A DNA stretch of 64,000 nucleotides, taken from NCBI GenBank assembly GCA_016219275.1, contig JACRBM010000033.1, positions 50,843 to 114,842 on the forward strand. Direction: 5' to 3'. Origin of the DNA: Chloroflexota bacterium (GTDB taxonomy: Bacteria > Chloroflexota > Anaerolineae > UBA4142). Both the position numbers and the translations under genes were made by a program. The notes under the pieces are model-generated. The model did not search any database. It was not told where the DNA came from and worked only from the letters and a program-made list of their open reading frames with translations. Of the stretch, positions 8,864 through 17,209 are shown piece after piece (positions within the stretch are counted from its first letter, which is position 1; each line of letters opens with the position of its first letter).

Positions 8864-11800
8864 TTATGCCTGGTTCTTCAATTCATCGAGTTCGGCGCGT
8901 GTCCGTGCGGCTTCCGCTTGCGCGCCCAATCGTTCGAACGTCGCCAACGCATCGGTGAACGCGGCGTGCGCGCCGTCTAAATCAAGACGCGCGCGCAAGA
9001 CGAGACCGAGTTGATACCGTGTCCGCGCGAGTTCGATGGGATTGTTGAGCTTGGTCAGCACGTCCAAACTACGTTGCAAATAGTCCACCGCCACGTCATA
9101 CGCGCCTTGGACGCGCGCCACTTTACCCAGGACGCGCAGCGCTTGACCTTCGTTCACGCGACTGCCAATCTCGGCGGCAAGGGTACGCGCGTCGGCGGCG
9201 GCTTGATACGCTTCGTCAAGCATATCTTTGCCGAGATATGCCTCGCCGGTCAGCCACAACGCTTCCACACGATTCTCTTTATGCCCGATTTCAGTCGCAA
9301 TGTCAAGACTACGTTTGAGCTGTTCCAACGCCCGATCAAACTCTTGCTGCAGAATGAAAACGTGCGCAAGGTTATTAAGTGCGAGACAACATAGGTTGCC
9401 ATCCTTGATTTTCTCGGCGCTTGCCAACGCACCCGCGAAATTGTCGCGCGCGCGGGGATGGTCTCCTTTTTCGCGATAGACCAGACCCAGGTTATTGTTG
9501 ACTTGGGCGATGCCACGCGTGTCGCCGGTCTTTTGCCGGACATCGAGGGTACGCTCAAAATGTATCAACGCGCGATCCCAATCGCCTTGACCGAGCGCGA
9601 TGTTACCCAGGTTGTTGTGTGAGTTGGTGACACCAGTCAGATCGCCGATGGACTCGCGCAAGTGCAACCCTTTTTCAACGTACGCCGCCGCGCGTTCCCA
9701 ATCACCCTTGCGGCTGAAGAGGACAGCCAGTCCGTTATATGTGGATGCCATCTCGCTGTAATTGTCGGTGCCTTCAACGATCTGCAGACTTTTCATTCGC
9801 CACTCGTACGCTTGATCAAATGCGCCGAGACGATATTGTACCCAGCCAATATCATTGTAAATACGCACGCGCTCCGGCACTTGACGATCCAGATGTTCCA
9901 ATTCGCCCAAGGCGTTGTTGAGCCAACGCAACGCTTCGGCATAATCCCCGCGGCGCTCACACACGCGTCCGATTTCGCGCATAATCTCGGCGCTTTGGCG
10001 CTGCGCTTCGACCGTGCGCGTGAGGGCGCGATTCATTTCGAGCGCAATCAAATACGAAGTCGTCGCGCCGTCATAGTCCGCTGTAAAAGTTTGGACGGAA
10101 CCGAGTCCATTGTACAGGTCAATCTTCTGGGTTGTAGTTGGATTGGTTTTACCCAAACATTCGACGGCAAAGCGGAACTGCTTAAGCGCCTGATCGTTCG
10201 CAAATCGCTCTGCGGCATGACTCCCCGCGCGAATCAGACACGGCAATGCGCGATCGTAATCCTTGCTTTCGTAATAGTGAAACGCCAGCTCTTCCGTGTG
10301 CTCGTCGAGACGCTCTTTAAATTGCGCTTCAATCCCTTCCGCGATTTTGTGATGCAGAAACTCACGTCGCCGCACCAAGAGACTAGCATAGACCGTCTCT
10401 TGAATCAAGATGTGATTGAAACGATAATGCACGTCGCCATCCGCACCGATGCGACTGACCAACGCGCGTTCTTCCAACTCACCCACTTGGTCGGCAAGGT
10501 TACGCGCATCCTCCAAGGTGCTCGAAAGCAAGCGCAGTCCAAAATCACGCCCGATCACGGCAGCACACTGCGCCGCTTGCCGCGCGCCCTCGCTCAACGC
10601 GTCCACGCGCGTCATAATCAAACCTTGCAAAGTGGTCGGTACTTGAACGTCGTCCACAGCCGCGCCCGGCACAATCTGCCAACGATCCTCCTCGCGCCGA
10701 ATGATGCCGCGATCAATCAACATGCGAATGATCTCTTCGAGGTAGAATGGATTTCCTTCGGCGCGTTGCAGAATAATTTGCCGAAGCCGTTCGGGCAATT
10801 CGTGAATAGTCAAAAGTAAGTCAACTAACTCGACGCTGTCCGCATGTGAGAGGGGCATCAGGGGAAGATGCAGAAATTGCGCCGCATACGACTGCGTGCC
10901 AAGTTTCTCCAAGCGCGGCGCAGCCGTACCTTCAGTTGGACGCGAGTTGCAATAGATAACGACCGGGCTGCGCTCAATCACATTATTAATAAAAACTAGC
11001 AAGTCGAGCGAAACCGGATCAATCCAATGCACGTCTTCGAAAATGAGCACGAGCGGGCGATACCGCGCGCGTGCGATGAGCAATTCGCGAATCGCGAGAA
11101 AGGTTTGCTGTTGTAACTGGGGCGGTGCGAGATGGCGGATGCGCGCCGCCATTTCTTTTTCGAGAACACGAATCGAAAAGAGATGCTCGATGTACGGCAA
11201 GATGTCGGCGCGTGATTGTTCGGGCAACAAATATTCGTTCGCGGTGCGTTCGATTTTTTCGCGCACCACTTGCTCGGAATCATCGTCAGCGATACCAAAG
11301 TACATTTTGAGCAAACGGATAAACATTCCGTATGCAGGTTGCCCGTAAGCGAGACACGCGCCTTCGAGCACTGTCACATGTTGGTCAACGAGATGTGCTT
11401 TGAGTTCCGTAGTCAAGCGCGATTTTCCAATGCCGGCGTTGCCGGTTGCTAGAACGAGCCGCCCCATACCCTCTTCAACGAGCGCATCAACGGCTTGACG
11501 AACTTGCGCGAATTCGGCGCGACGCCCAACCATTGGCGCGCTCAAGCCAGGAATTCCACGCACACGACCTTCGTGTTTGCGCGGCGCGACGGCTTCGAAA
11601 ATCTCAACTGGCTCGACACGATTCTTAACGCGAATCGCGCCCAGCTCGCGGTACTCGAACAATGGATTAGTCGGTTCGTAAACCGCACGACTAACCAGAA
11701 TCGTGCCTGGCTCTCCCGCATTCTGCAAACGCGACGCGACGTTCACCGTATCGCCGAGCGCGGTATACTCCATGCGCAGATCCGAACCGATGCTGCCGAC

Positions 11801-12388
11801 AACGACTAGCCCGGCATTGAGACCGATCCGGACTTGAAGCGTAATCCCCAAACGCGATTCGAGGTCGGCATTGATTCGCCGCAACGCGTCTTGCATTCCA
11901 AATGCGGTACGCACCGCGCGCGCCGAGTCATCTTCATGCGCGATGGGCGCGCCAAACAGTGCCATCAATCCATCGCCCATCACTTTGTCGAGCGTACCCT
12001 CGTGTTTATAGATTTCCTCGGTGAACGCGCGCAGAGTACTGTCAATCAACTCGTATACTTGCTCGGGATCAAGTCGTTCGGAGATGGAGGTATAGCCGCT
12101 CAGGTCTGCGAACAGGACCGTGACATTCCGGCGTTCACCTTCGACCTGCTTGCCGACGCGCGCGATTTTTTCCGCAAGCGAAACCGGCATCGAGTTGGTC
12201 GCGCGCTCGCGATTCTCATCGGCAGTAGGCGTCGTGAGACTCGCGCTGCAATTGCCGCAAAATTTGAAATTGCCGGGGTTTTGAAAATCGCATTGAGCGC
12301 ATCGCCGTGCGAGGGAAGCGGCACAAAACGTACAAGTTGACGCGCCAATGGGATTGGCGCGACCGCACTGTGGGCAAGGCAAAGTCAT
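8864..12388 (-). CDS. double zinc-ribbon + class III adenylate/guanylate cyclase + P-loop STAND NTPase + TPR repeat protein
   Basis: Zinc ribbons CPQCGxxxxxxxxxCxFC and CAQCxxxxxxxxxFCGNC. Cyclase motifs VTVLFADLSGYT, KVMGDGLMALFG and GDTVNVASRL. Walker A LATGNAGIGKSRL; Walker B-like LVLIFEDVHWID. About 500 aa of C-terminal TPR-like repeats. Confidence 0.9.
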   Translation of the reverse strand: MTLPCPQCGRANPIGASTCTFCAASLARRCAQCDFQNPGNFKFCGNCSASLTTPTADENRERATNSMPVSLAEKIARVGKQVEGERRNVTVLFADLSGYTSISERLDPEQVYELIDSTLRAFTEEIYKHEGTLDKVMGDGLMALFGAPIAHEDDSARAVRTAFGMQDALRRINADLESRLGITLQVRIGLNAGLVVVGSIGSDLRMEYTALGDTVNVASRLQNAGEPGTILVSRAVYEPTNPLFEYRELGAIRVKNRVEPVEIFEAVAPRKHEGRVRGIPGLSAPMVGRRAEFAQVRQAVDALVEEGMGRLVLATGNAGIGKSRLTTELKAHLVDQHVTVLEGACLAYGQPAYGMFIRLLKMYFGIADDDSEQVVREKIERTANEYLLPEQSRADILPYIEHLFSIRVLEKEMAARIRHLAPPQLQQQTFLAIRELLIARARYRPLVLIFEDVHWIDPVSLDLLVFINNVIERSPVVIYCNSRPTEGTAAPRLEKLGTQSYAAQFLHLPLMPLSHADSVELVDLLLTIHELPERLRQIILQRAEGNPFYLEEIIRMLIDRGIIRREEDRWQIVPGAAVDDVQVPTTLQGLIMTRVDALSEGARQAAQCAAVIGRDFGLRLLSSTLEDARNLADQVGELEERALVSRIGADGDVHYRFNHILIQETVYASLLVRRREFLHHKIAEGIEAQFKERLDEHTEELAFHYYESKDYDRALPCLIRAGSHAAERFANDQALKQFRFAVECLGKTNPTTTQKIDLYNGLGSVQTFTADYDGATTSYLIALEMNRALTRTVEAQRQSAEIMREIGRVCERRGDYAEALRWLNNALGELEHLDRQVPERVRIYNDIGWVQYRLGAFDQAYEWRMKSLQIVEGTDNYSEMASTYNGLAVLFSRKGDWERAAAYVEKGLHLRESIGDLTGVTNSHNNLGNIALGQGDWDRALIHFERTLDVRQKTGDTRGIAQVNNNLGLVYREKGDHPRARDNFAGALASAEKIKDGNLCCLALNNLAHVFILQQEFDRALEQLKRSLDIATEIGHKENRVEALWLTGEAYLGKDMLDEAYQAAADARTLAAEIGSRVNEGQALRVLGKVARVQGAYDVAVDYLQRSLDVLTKLNNPIELARTRYQLGLVLRARLDLDGAHAAFTDALATFERLGAQAEAARTRAELDELKNQA

Positions 12389-12424
12389 GAGTGTCTACTC
12401 AAACTGATCAACGTGTATGAACCG

Positions 12425-12453
12425 ATTATACTACAGGTACACTCAACGCGCAA
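12425..12453 (-). promoter_or_regulatory. sigma70-like promoter of the cyclase operon
   Basis: Minus strand reads TTGCGC (12453-12448), 17 nt, TATAAT (12430-12425), about 37 nt upstream of ATG 12388. Confidence 0.5.
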
Positions 12454-12490
12454 TCATTTGTGACCGGATTGATGAACGCGCTCAAATGAA

Positions 12491-12525
12491 CAGAGGCAAC
12501 CCGGAGGGACAGCGGGTTGCCTCTG
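12491..12525 (-). terminator. 13-bp perfect hairpin after the small secreted-protein gene
   Basis: CAGAGGCAACCCG (12491-12503) / CGGGTTGCCTCTG (12513-12525). The downstream T tract on the minus strand is weak (TTCATTT). Confidence 0.5.
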
Positions 12526-12582
12526 CAAGGGAAGGGCAACAAGCCCAGCTATGTTGAAGTATCCGTCAGACAACAACGTGAA

Positions 12583-12975
12583 TTACCGCAGACGGAACAA
12601 AAAGTTCAGCGACCCTTTCCCATTATTCCGCCGCACTTCACTCACGCGACCGTAGTTTGCAGTCACCGTGGGCGTAGATGCTAACTTGCCATCTACGACG
12701 ACAAGCATCCAGTTGTGATCGCCACGTTCGACCACATTTGTGATCAGTGGCACGTTGGGTCCCGGGGTCTTGCAACCACCTTGACGCTGATTGCCATAGC
12801 GCGCGTCATCCGGTACATACACCTTGACTGCTGATGGTTTCGCCGCGATGACCAACAGCCATTCACCGTTGACGCACAACTTGGGGTCGTCCCACGCTTC
12901 ACCCGCGCCGACCGTAGCGAAGGTCAGGGAGAGCAACATCACGACCAGAGTCAACGCAAACAATGTTTTTTTCAT
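12583..12975 (-). CDS. small secreted protein of unknown function (130 aa)
   Basis: ATG at 12975 preceded by AAAGGAGG. Signal peptide MKKTLFALTLVVMLLSLTFATVGAGEA; two Cys. Sits downstream of the riboswitch. Confidence 0.7.
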   Translation of the reverse strand: MKKTLFALTLVVMLLSLTFATVGAGEAWDDPKLCVNGEWLLVIAAKPSAVKVYVPDDARYGNQRQGGCKTPGPNVPLITNVVERGDHNWMLVVVDGKLASTPTVTANYGRVSEVRRNNGKGSLNFLFRLR

Positions 12976-13020
12976 CTTGCCTCCTTTGTCTTGGTTGGTT
13001 CCTTGTAACCACTTCGCCGA

Positions 13021-13060
13021 AAATAAAAAAACTGTCTGTTCCAGAGCGGAATAGACAGAT
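13021..13060 (-). terminator. intrinsic terminator forming the riboswitch expression platform
   Basis: Minus-strand RNA CUGUCUAUU-CCGCUCUGG-AACAGACAG followed by UUUUUUUAUUUU. Confidence 0.7.
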
Positions 13061-13076
13061 CGGTTCGCGTCGTATT

Positions 13077-13173
13077 CCACTTCGGCAGCCTGGCAATCTT
13101 AGCGCACAGTCCCTACGCTGAAGACCCATAGCTTTGCGTCCTCGCCTTTCGGCGAGTTTGCCTTTATCGGTGG
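13077..13173 (-). ncRNA. c-di-GMP-I (GEMM-I) riboswitch aptamer
   Basis: Minus-strand RNA CCACCGAUAAAGGCAAAC-UCGCC-GAAA-GGCGA-GGACGCAAAGC...GGUCUU...AAGAUU...GGCUGCCGAAGUGG. It has the conserved GGCAAAC, a GAAA-capped hairpin, GGACGCAAAGC as in the Vibrio cholerae Vc2 aptamer, and P1 closing CCAC/GUGG. Confidence 0.75.
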
Positions 13174-13287
13174 TTAATAGTACTTTTTTTTCTTGCGTGT
13201 ATAGTACTCGACTGACATAGAACAAACAATAGGACAGTAGTACTTGTTACGAACAAATCCTAACACTCCACGCCATCGGCACCCCCC

Positions 13288-13317
13288 TTGATTTGCGCCG
13301 CACTCTGATTGTATACT
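13288..13317 (+). promoter_or_regulatory. sigma70-like promoter for the PD40-repeat gene
   Basis: TTGATT (13288-13293), 18 nt, TATACT (13312-13317). Confidence 0.4.
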
Positions 13318-13388
13318 CTCGCGGCATGAATCGCGTGATGCGGTGATTGCGTATCACGTGTACATATATTTCCAGAAAGGTGGACAGC

Positions 13389-14705
13389 ATGTCACGACGT
13401 TCGGCAATCCTTGTCGTCGGCGGCGCGGTGGGATGCAGTCTGATTTTGCTTTGTGTATTCCTTGCCGCGATGGCTGGCTATACTTATTTCAATATTGCCA
13501 CCGCGCGCGTGGTGGATCGCATCGCGTACGTGGACAATGATTCGAATATTCAAATCGTGGACGCGCGCGGCGAAGAACGGACTGCCCTAACCCAGGACGC
13601 CTCGAGCCAACACATTTACGATTATCCAACCTGGTCACGCGATGGACAATCCGTCGCGTTTGTCAGTGTGGATGCGAGCCAAGACGAACCCGAAGCGATT
13701 CTGTACACCGCGTCGGTCGTCACCAAAAATCGCAACACGGTGTTCAAGAGTCGCTCGCAATCCCCGTTCTATCTCTATTGGTCGCCCGACAGCCAACACA
13801 TCGGTTTTCTCGCGCAGGACGCGAGCGATTTGTCAATGATGCTAGGACGCGCCGATGGCAAAGAGGATGCGCGCAGACTCGAAACTGGTTCGCCCTTTTA
13901 CTGGAGCTGGTCGCCAGACAGTCGTACCTTGTTGATGCACATCGGCGGGAGTCGGCGCGATTCACACTCGGCGCGGCTCGCGTTGTTGCGTTGGCGAGAT
14001 TCACCCACGTCGCAAACGCTGAGTCACGGTCCCGGCGAATTTCTCGCGCCACAATATTCGCCGGACGGTACAACGATCCTCTACGCCGCGGCGAATAATG
14101 GTCAAGATGCGCTACATCTCGCCGATGCCCAAGACGGCAACGCACACGCGATTGTCGAGTACGCCGGGCGCATCGCGTTTGCGTGGTCGCCTGACGGCAA
14201 AAAGATTGCATGGGTCGTCACGCCCGAGGACGCCGAATTACCGCACTTTGGCAAGGTCGTCATCGCCAATGCCGACGGCAAGAATCAGCAATCCATCACG
14301 AACGAAGACGCAATCGCGTTTTTCTGGTCGCCCGATGGACAACGCATCGCGTATCTGACGATTGAACAGGAACAGAATTCGCGTGGACGTACGCCGACCC
14401 AGCATCTCGCCGCGCCGCTGGCGCAAGGCAATCCCATTCGTTTGCTGTGGCGCGTCGTAGACCTACCGACCGGCACTCCGCGGACGCTGGCTACCTTCAC
14501 ACCCACGCGCGATTTTATCTCCTTGCTTCCGTACTTCGATCAATACGCGCGCTCGCTCACCTTCTGGTCGCCCGATAGCGCCAGGTTCGTTTACACGCAT
14601 CGCGAACGCCCCGGTGCGGGCAGTGTGTGGGTTGCCGATGTTACTGGCAAAGAACAACCGCGCCGCGTCGGCGATGGTTTGGTTGCCGTGTGGTCGTGGA
14701 AATAA
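13389..14705 (+). CDS. membrane-anchored TolB-like PD40/WD40 beta-propeller protein
   Basis: ATG 13389 after GAAAGGTGG. N-terminal TM helix. Seven W/YSPDG-type blades (WSRDGQ, WSPDSQ, WSPDSR, YSPDGT, WSPDGK, WSPDGQ, WSPDSA). Confidence 0.8.
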   Translation: MSRRSAILVVGGAVGCSLILLCVFLAAMAGYTYFNIATARVVDRIAYVDNDSNIQIVDARGEERTALTQDASSQHIYDYPTWSRDGQSVAFVSVDASQDEPEAILYTASVVTKNRNTVFKSRSQSPFYLYWSPDSQHIGFLAQDASDLSMMLGRADGKEDARRLETGSPFYWSWSPDSRTLLMHIGGSRRDSHSARLALLRWRDSPTSQTLSHGPGEFLAPQYSPDGTTILYAAANNGQDALHLADAQDGNAHAIVEYAGRIAFAWSPDGKKIAWVVTPEDAELPHFGKVVIANADGKNQQSITNEDAIAFFWSPDGQRIAYLTIEQEQNSRGRTPTQHLAAPLAQGNPIRLLWRVVDLPTGTPRTLATFTPTRDFISLLPYFDQYARSLTFWSPDSARFVYTHRERPGAGSVWVADVTGKEQPRRVGDGLVAVWSWK

Positions 14706-14738
14706 AAAGTAGAGACGCCCCGGCGGAGCGTCTCTACT

Positions 14739-15551
14739 CTACAGCTTTTGACACGTCGGACAAAAATGTGTGCCGCGTTGTCCAACAACCGTTTTTACAA
14801 TCGGTGTGCCGCAACGACGACACGGTCGTTCTTCACGATCAAACGCGCGTAGACTATCTTGGAATCCGCCGCTCGCCCCGTTAACGCGTTTGTACATGAC
14901 GTCAATGCTCGTCCCGCCTAGCGCAATCGCGCGGCGCAGCACCTGGCGAATCGCGCGCTGCAGTCGCCCGCGTTCCTCGCGCGTGAGTGTTTCGGCGCGG
15001 CGCAGCGGATGCAAACGCGCGTACCACAGCGACTCGTCCACATAAATGTTTCCCAGCCCCGCAAGAAAAGTTTGATCGAGCAAGAGTGGTTTCAAGTAGC
15101 CGCGTCGTTTCTCGAACAACGCGTGAAACTCTTTCGCAGAAACCTCCGGCGCTTCGGGACCCAGTTTGCCGGTGACGATTTCAGGATCGTTCACCAGCCA
15201 CATCCGTCCAAACTTGCGCGTATCACGAAAACGTAATTCGAAGCCGTCACTCAATCTGAGAATGACGTGCATGTGTTTATCGCGCCGCGTCGTCGGTGTG
15301 TCTAGATGAAAACCGCCGGTCATTCGCAAATGCACCAGCATAAATTTGCGCGGCGACAAATGAAATACCAAGTACTTGCCGCGTCGCGTAATCTTGATAA
15401 TTTTGCTCCCGCGGATGGCGCGCGTAAACTCCGTCGCGCTGGGCGCGGCAATCGTGCGTCGCCAACGCACGATCACCCCAACGATTTTGCGCCCGACAAG
15501 ATGCGGGCGTAAATCACGCACCACGGTTTCGACTTCGGGTAATTCGGGCAT
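14739..15551 (-). CDS. mutM: formamidopyrimidine-DNA glycosylase
   Basis: N-terminal MPELPEVE; C-terminal zinc finger CRRCGTPIVKTVVGQRGTHFCPTCQ. ATG 15551 preferred over the extended ORF start 15620. Confidence 0.9.
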   Translation of the reverse strand: MPELPEVETVVRDLRPHLVGRKIVGVIVRWRRTIAAPSATEFTRAIRGSKIIKITRRGKYLVFHLSPRKFMLVHLRMTGGFHLDTPTTRRDKHMHVILRLSDGFELRFRDTRKFGRMWLVNDPEIVTGKLGPEAPEVSAKEFHALFEKRRGYLKPLLLDQTFLAGLGNIYVDESLWYARLHPLRRAETLTREERGRLQRAIRQVLRRAIALGGTSIDVMYKRVNGASGGFQDSLRAFDREERPCRRCGTPIVKTVVGQRGTHFCPTCQKL

Positions 15552-15555
15552 AGTT

Positions 15556-15653
15556 ATATCGTGCGATAGTGCGATAGTGCAATAGTTGGATAGTGCAACA
15601 GTCGCATTCGCGCAACTCAACTATCGCACCATCGCACTATTACACCATCGCAC
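15556..15653. repeat. imperfect palindrome built from tandem 8-nt units
   Basis: Left side GTGCGATA GTGCGATA GTGCAATA GTTGGATA GTGCAACA. It is mirrored by ...CAACTAT CGCACCAT CGCACTAT TACACCAT CGCAC. The array fills the ubiD-family/mutM spacer. Confidence 0.7.
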
Positions 15654-17110
15654 TAGAATCCGTATTCCTTCCAACGTTGATCCACCAACGCTTTGATCTC
15701 CGGCGACATAGCGATTTCCTCGGGCCATTTCTGATGCGGACCTGGGTCGCGTTCCGTTTTGCGCGTGGCATCAATCCCCATCTTGCCGCCATAATTCTTT
15801 TCGAGCGCCGCGTGATCGAGATCGTCAGCTGCACCGCTAACGATTTGCACATCGCGTAAAGGGTCGTAATTCGCGAGCACCTCGAACGCGACCTGGGACA
15901 GGTCGTGCACGTTCACGTCCTCATCTACCACGATGATCGTTTTCGTCAGCATCATCAGCCCCAAGCCCCACAAACCGTACATCACTTTGCGCGCGTGCCC
16001 AGGATACCGTTTCTTGATGCTCACAATCACCAGATTGTGAAACACTCCTTCCGCCGGCATATTCACGTCAACGATTTCGCCCTGGAACAATTTCATCAAG
16101 GGCAAGAACAATCGCTCGGTCGCTTTGCCCATCCAATAATCTTCCATCGGTGGCTTGCCCACGATCGTCGTCGGATAGATCGCGTCACGCCGATGCGTGA
16201 TCGCAGTGACGTGCATGACCGGATAATAATCCGCGAGCGAGTAATAACCGGTGTGATCGCCAAACGGTCCTTCGATGCGTTGCTCACGCGGACCCACGTA
16301 TCCTTCGATCACGATCTCCGCGTCCGCCGGTACTTCGAGTGGTTGTGAAATACACTTTGCCAGCTCCACCGATTTGCCGCGCAACCAACCAGCCAGCATC
16401 ATCTCGTCAATGTTCGGCGGCAACGGCGCAGACCCAGCCCAAATGATCGCGGGATCGCCGCCGAGCGACACGGCAACCGGAATTTTTTCCATGCCGATGT
16501 CTTGCGCGACGCGTTGATGCTCCGTACCGCCTTTGTGCCTCTGCCAGTGCATTCCCAGTGTTTGATCGTCCAGCACCTGCAAACGATACATTCCGACGTT
16601 GCGCTTGCCGGTTTTCGGATCGCGACTAAACACGGATGGCAAGGTGATGTAACGCCCCGCGTCGTGGGGCCAACATTGAATGATCGGCAGCGACGCGAGC
16701 GATGGCTTTTCTTGAATCACTTCTTGGCAAACGCCGCGATTGATATACCTGGGTTCGGTGACACGCAAGCCGTTCAGCATTTCGAGTCCACGTTGCGCTT
16801 TTTCGAACAGCCCGCGCGGCATGTCCATCGAAATGAACTCGGCGAGTTTCGTGTTCAACTCGTCGAGCCGTTCGACATTGAGCGCCCACGCCATCCGCTC
16901 TTCGCTGCCAAAGAGATTGATGACGACGGGCATCGTATTACCACGCACATTCTCAAACACCAACGCCAGGTTTTTTTCGGGCGCGCTTTTCATCACGCGA
17001 TCAGCAATCTCGGTGATTTCTAAATCCTGATTCACCGGCGCGCTAATCCGTTTCAGTTGTCCGCTTTTTTCGAGGCGCGCGAGAAACTCGCGCAGGTCAC
17101 GATATGCCAT
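15653..17110 (-). CDS. UbiD-family (prenylated-FMN-dependent) decarboxylase
   Basis: Full-length similarity pattern to UbiD/menaquinone-biosynthesis decarboxylases: MAYRDLREFLARLEKSGQLKRI..., about 485 aa. Confidence 0.85.
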   Translation of the reverse strand: MAYRDLREFLARLEKSGQLKRISAPVNQDLEITEIADRVMKSAPEKNLALVFENVRGNTMPVVINLFGSEERMAWALNVERLDELNTKLAEFISMDMPRGLFEKAQRGLEMLNGLRVTEPRYINRGVCQEVIQEKPSLASLPIIQCWPHDAGRYITLPSVFSRDPKTGKRNVGMYRLQVLDDQTLGMHWQRHKGGTEHQRVAQDIGMEKIPVAVSLGGDPAIIWAGSAPLPPNIDEMMLAGWLRGKSVELAKCISQPLEVPADAEIVIEGYVGPREQRIEGPFGDHTGYYSLADYYPVMHVTAITHRRDAIYPTTIVGKPPMEDYWMGKATERLFLPLMKLFQGEIVDVNMPAEGVFHNLVIVSIKKRYPGHARKVMYGLWGLGLMMLTKTIIVVDEDVNVHDLSQVAFEVLANYDPLRDVQIVSGAADDLDHAALEKNYGGKMGIDATRKTERDPGPHQKWPEEIAMSPEIKALVDQRWKEYGF

Positions 17111-17180
17111 GCTTCCTCCAAGGCGAGATAATAACAGAAAACGAAACGGTTGGCAAACGAAATTTCCATCGCGCGCTAAT

Positions 17181-17209
17181 TTGACAGATTCTAGTTCCTT
17201 TGGTATTAA
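17181..17209 (+). promoter_or_regulatory. sigma70-like promoter for the ABC transporter operon
   Basis: TTGACA (17181-17186), 17 nt, TATTAA (17204-17209) with an upstream TGG. Confidence 0.5.

Noticed and set aside
4204-12388. Considered calling the cyclase/patatin operon a canonical CBASS or Pycsar system.
   Set aside because: There is no CD-NTase (cGAS/DncV-like) gene, and the patatin proteins carry CAP-type cNMP domains rather than CapV architecture. The cyclase has purine-type (Lys/Thr) specificity residues and a huge STAND extension, unlike PycC. I therefore kept it as a hypothesis of a distinct system, not as a member of either family.
15653-17110. Considered linking the UbiD-family decarboxylase to the IPK gene as an archaeal-type mevalonate pathway decarboxylase.
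   Set aside because: The two genes are 7 kb apart with unrelated genes between them. No UbiX or mevalonate genes are nearby. A quinone-biosynthesis role is at least as likely, and I cannot discriminate from sequence alone.
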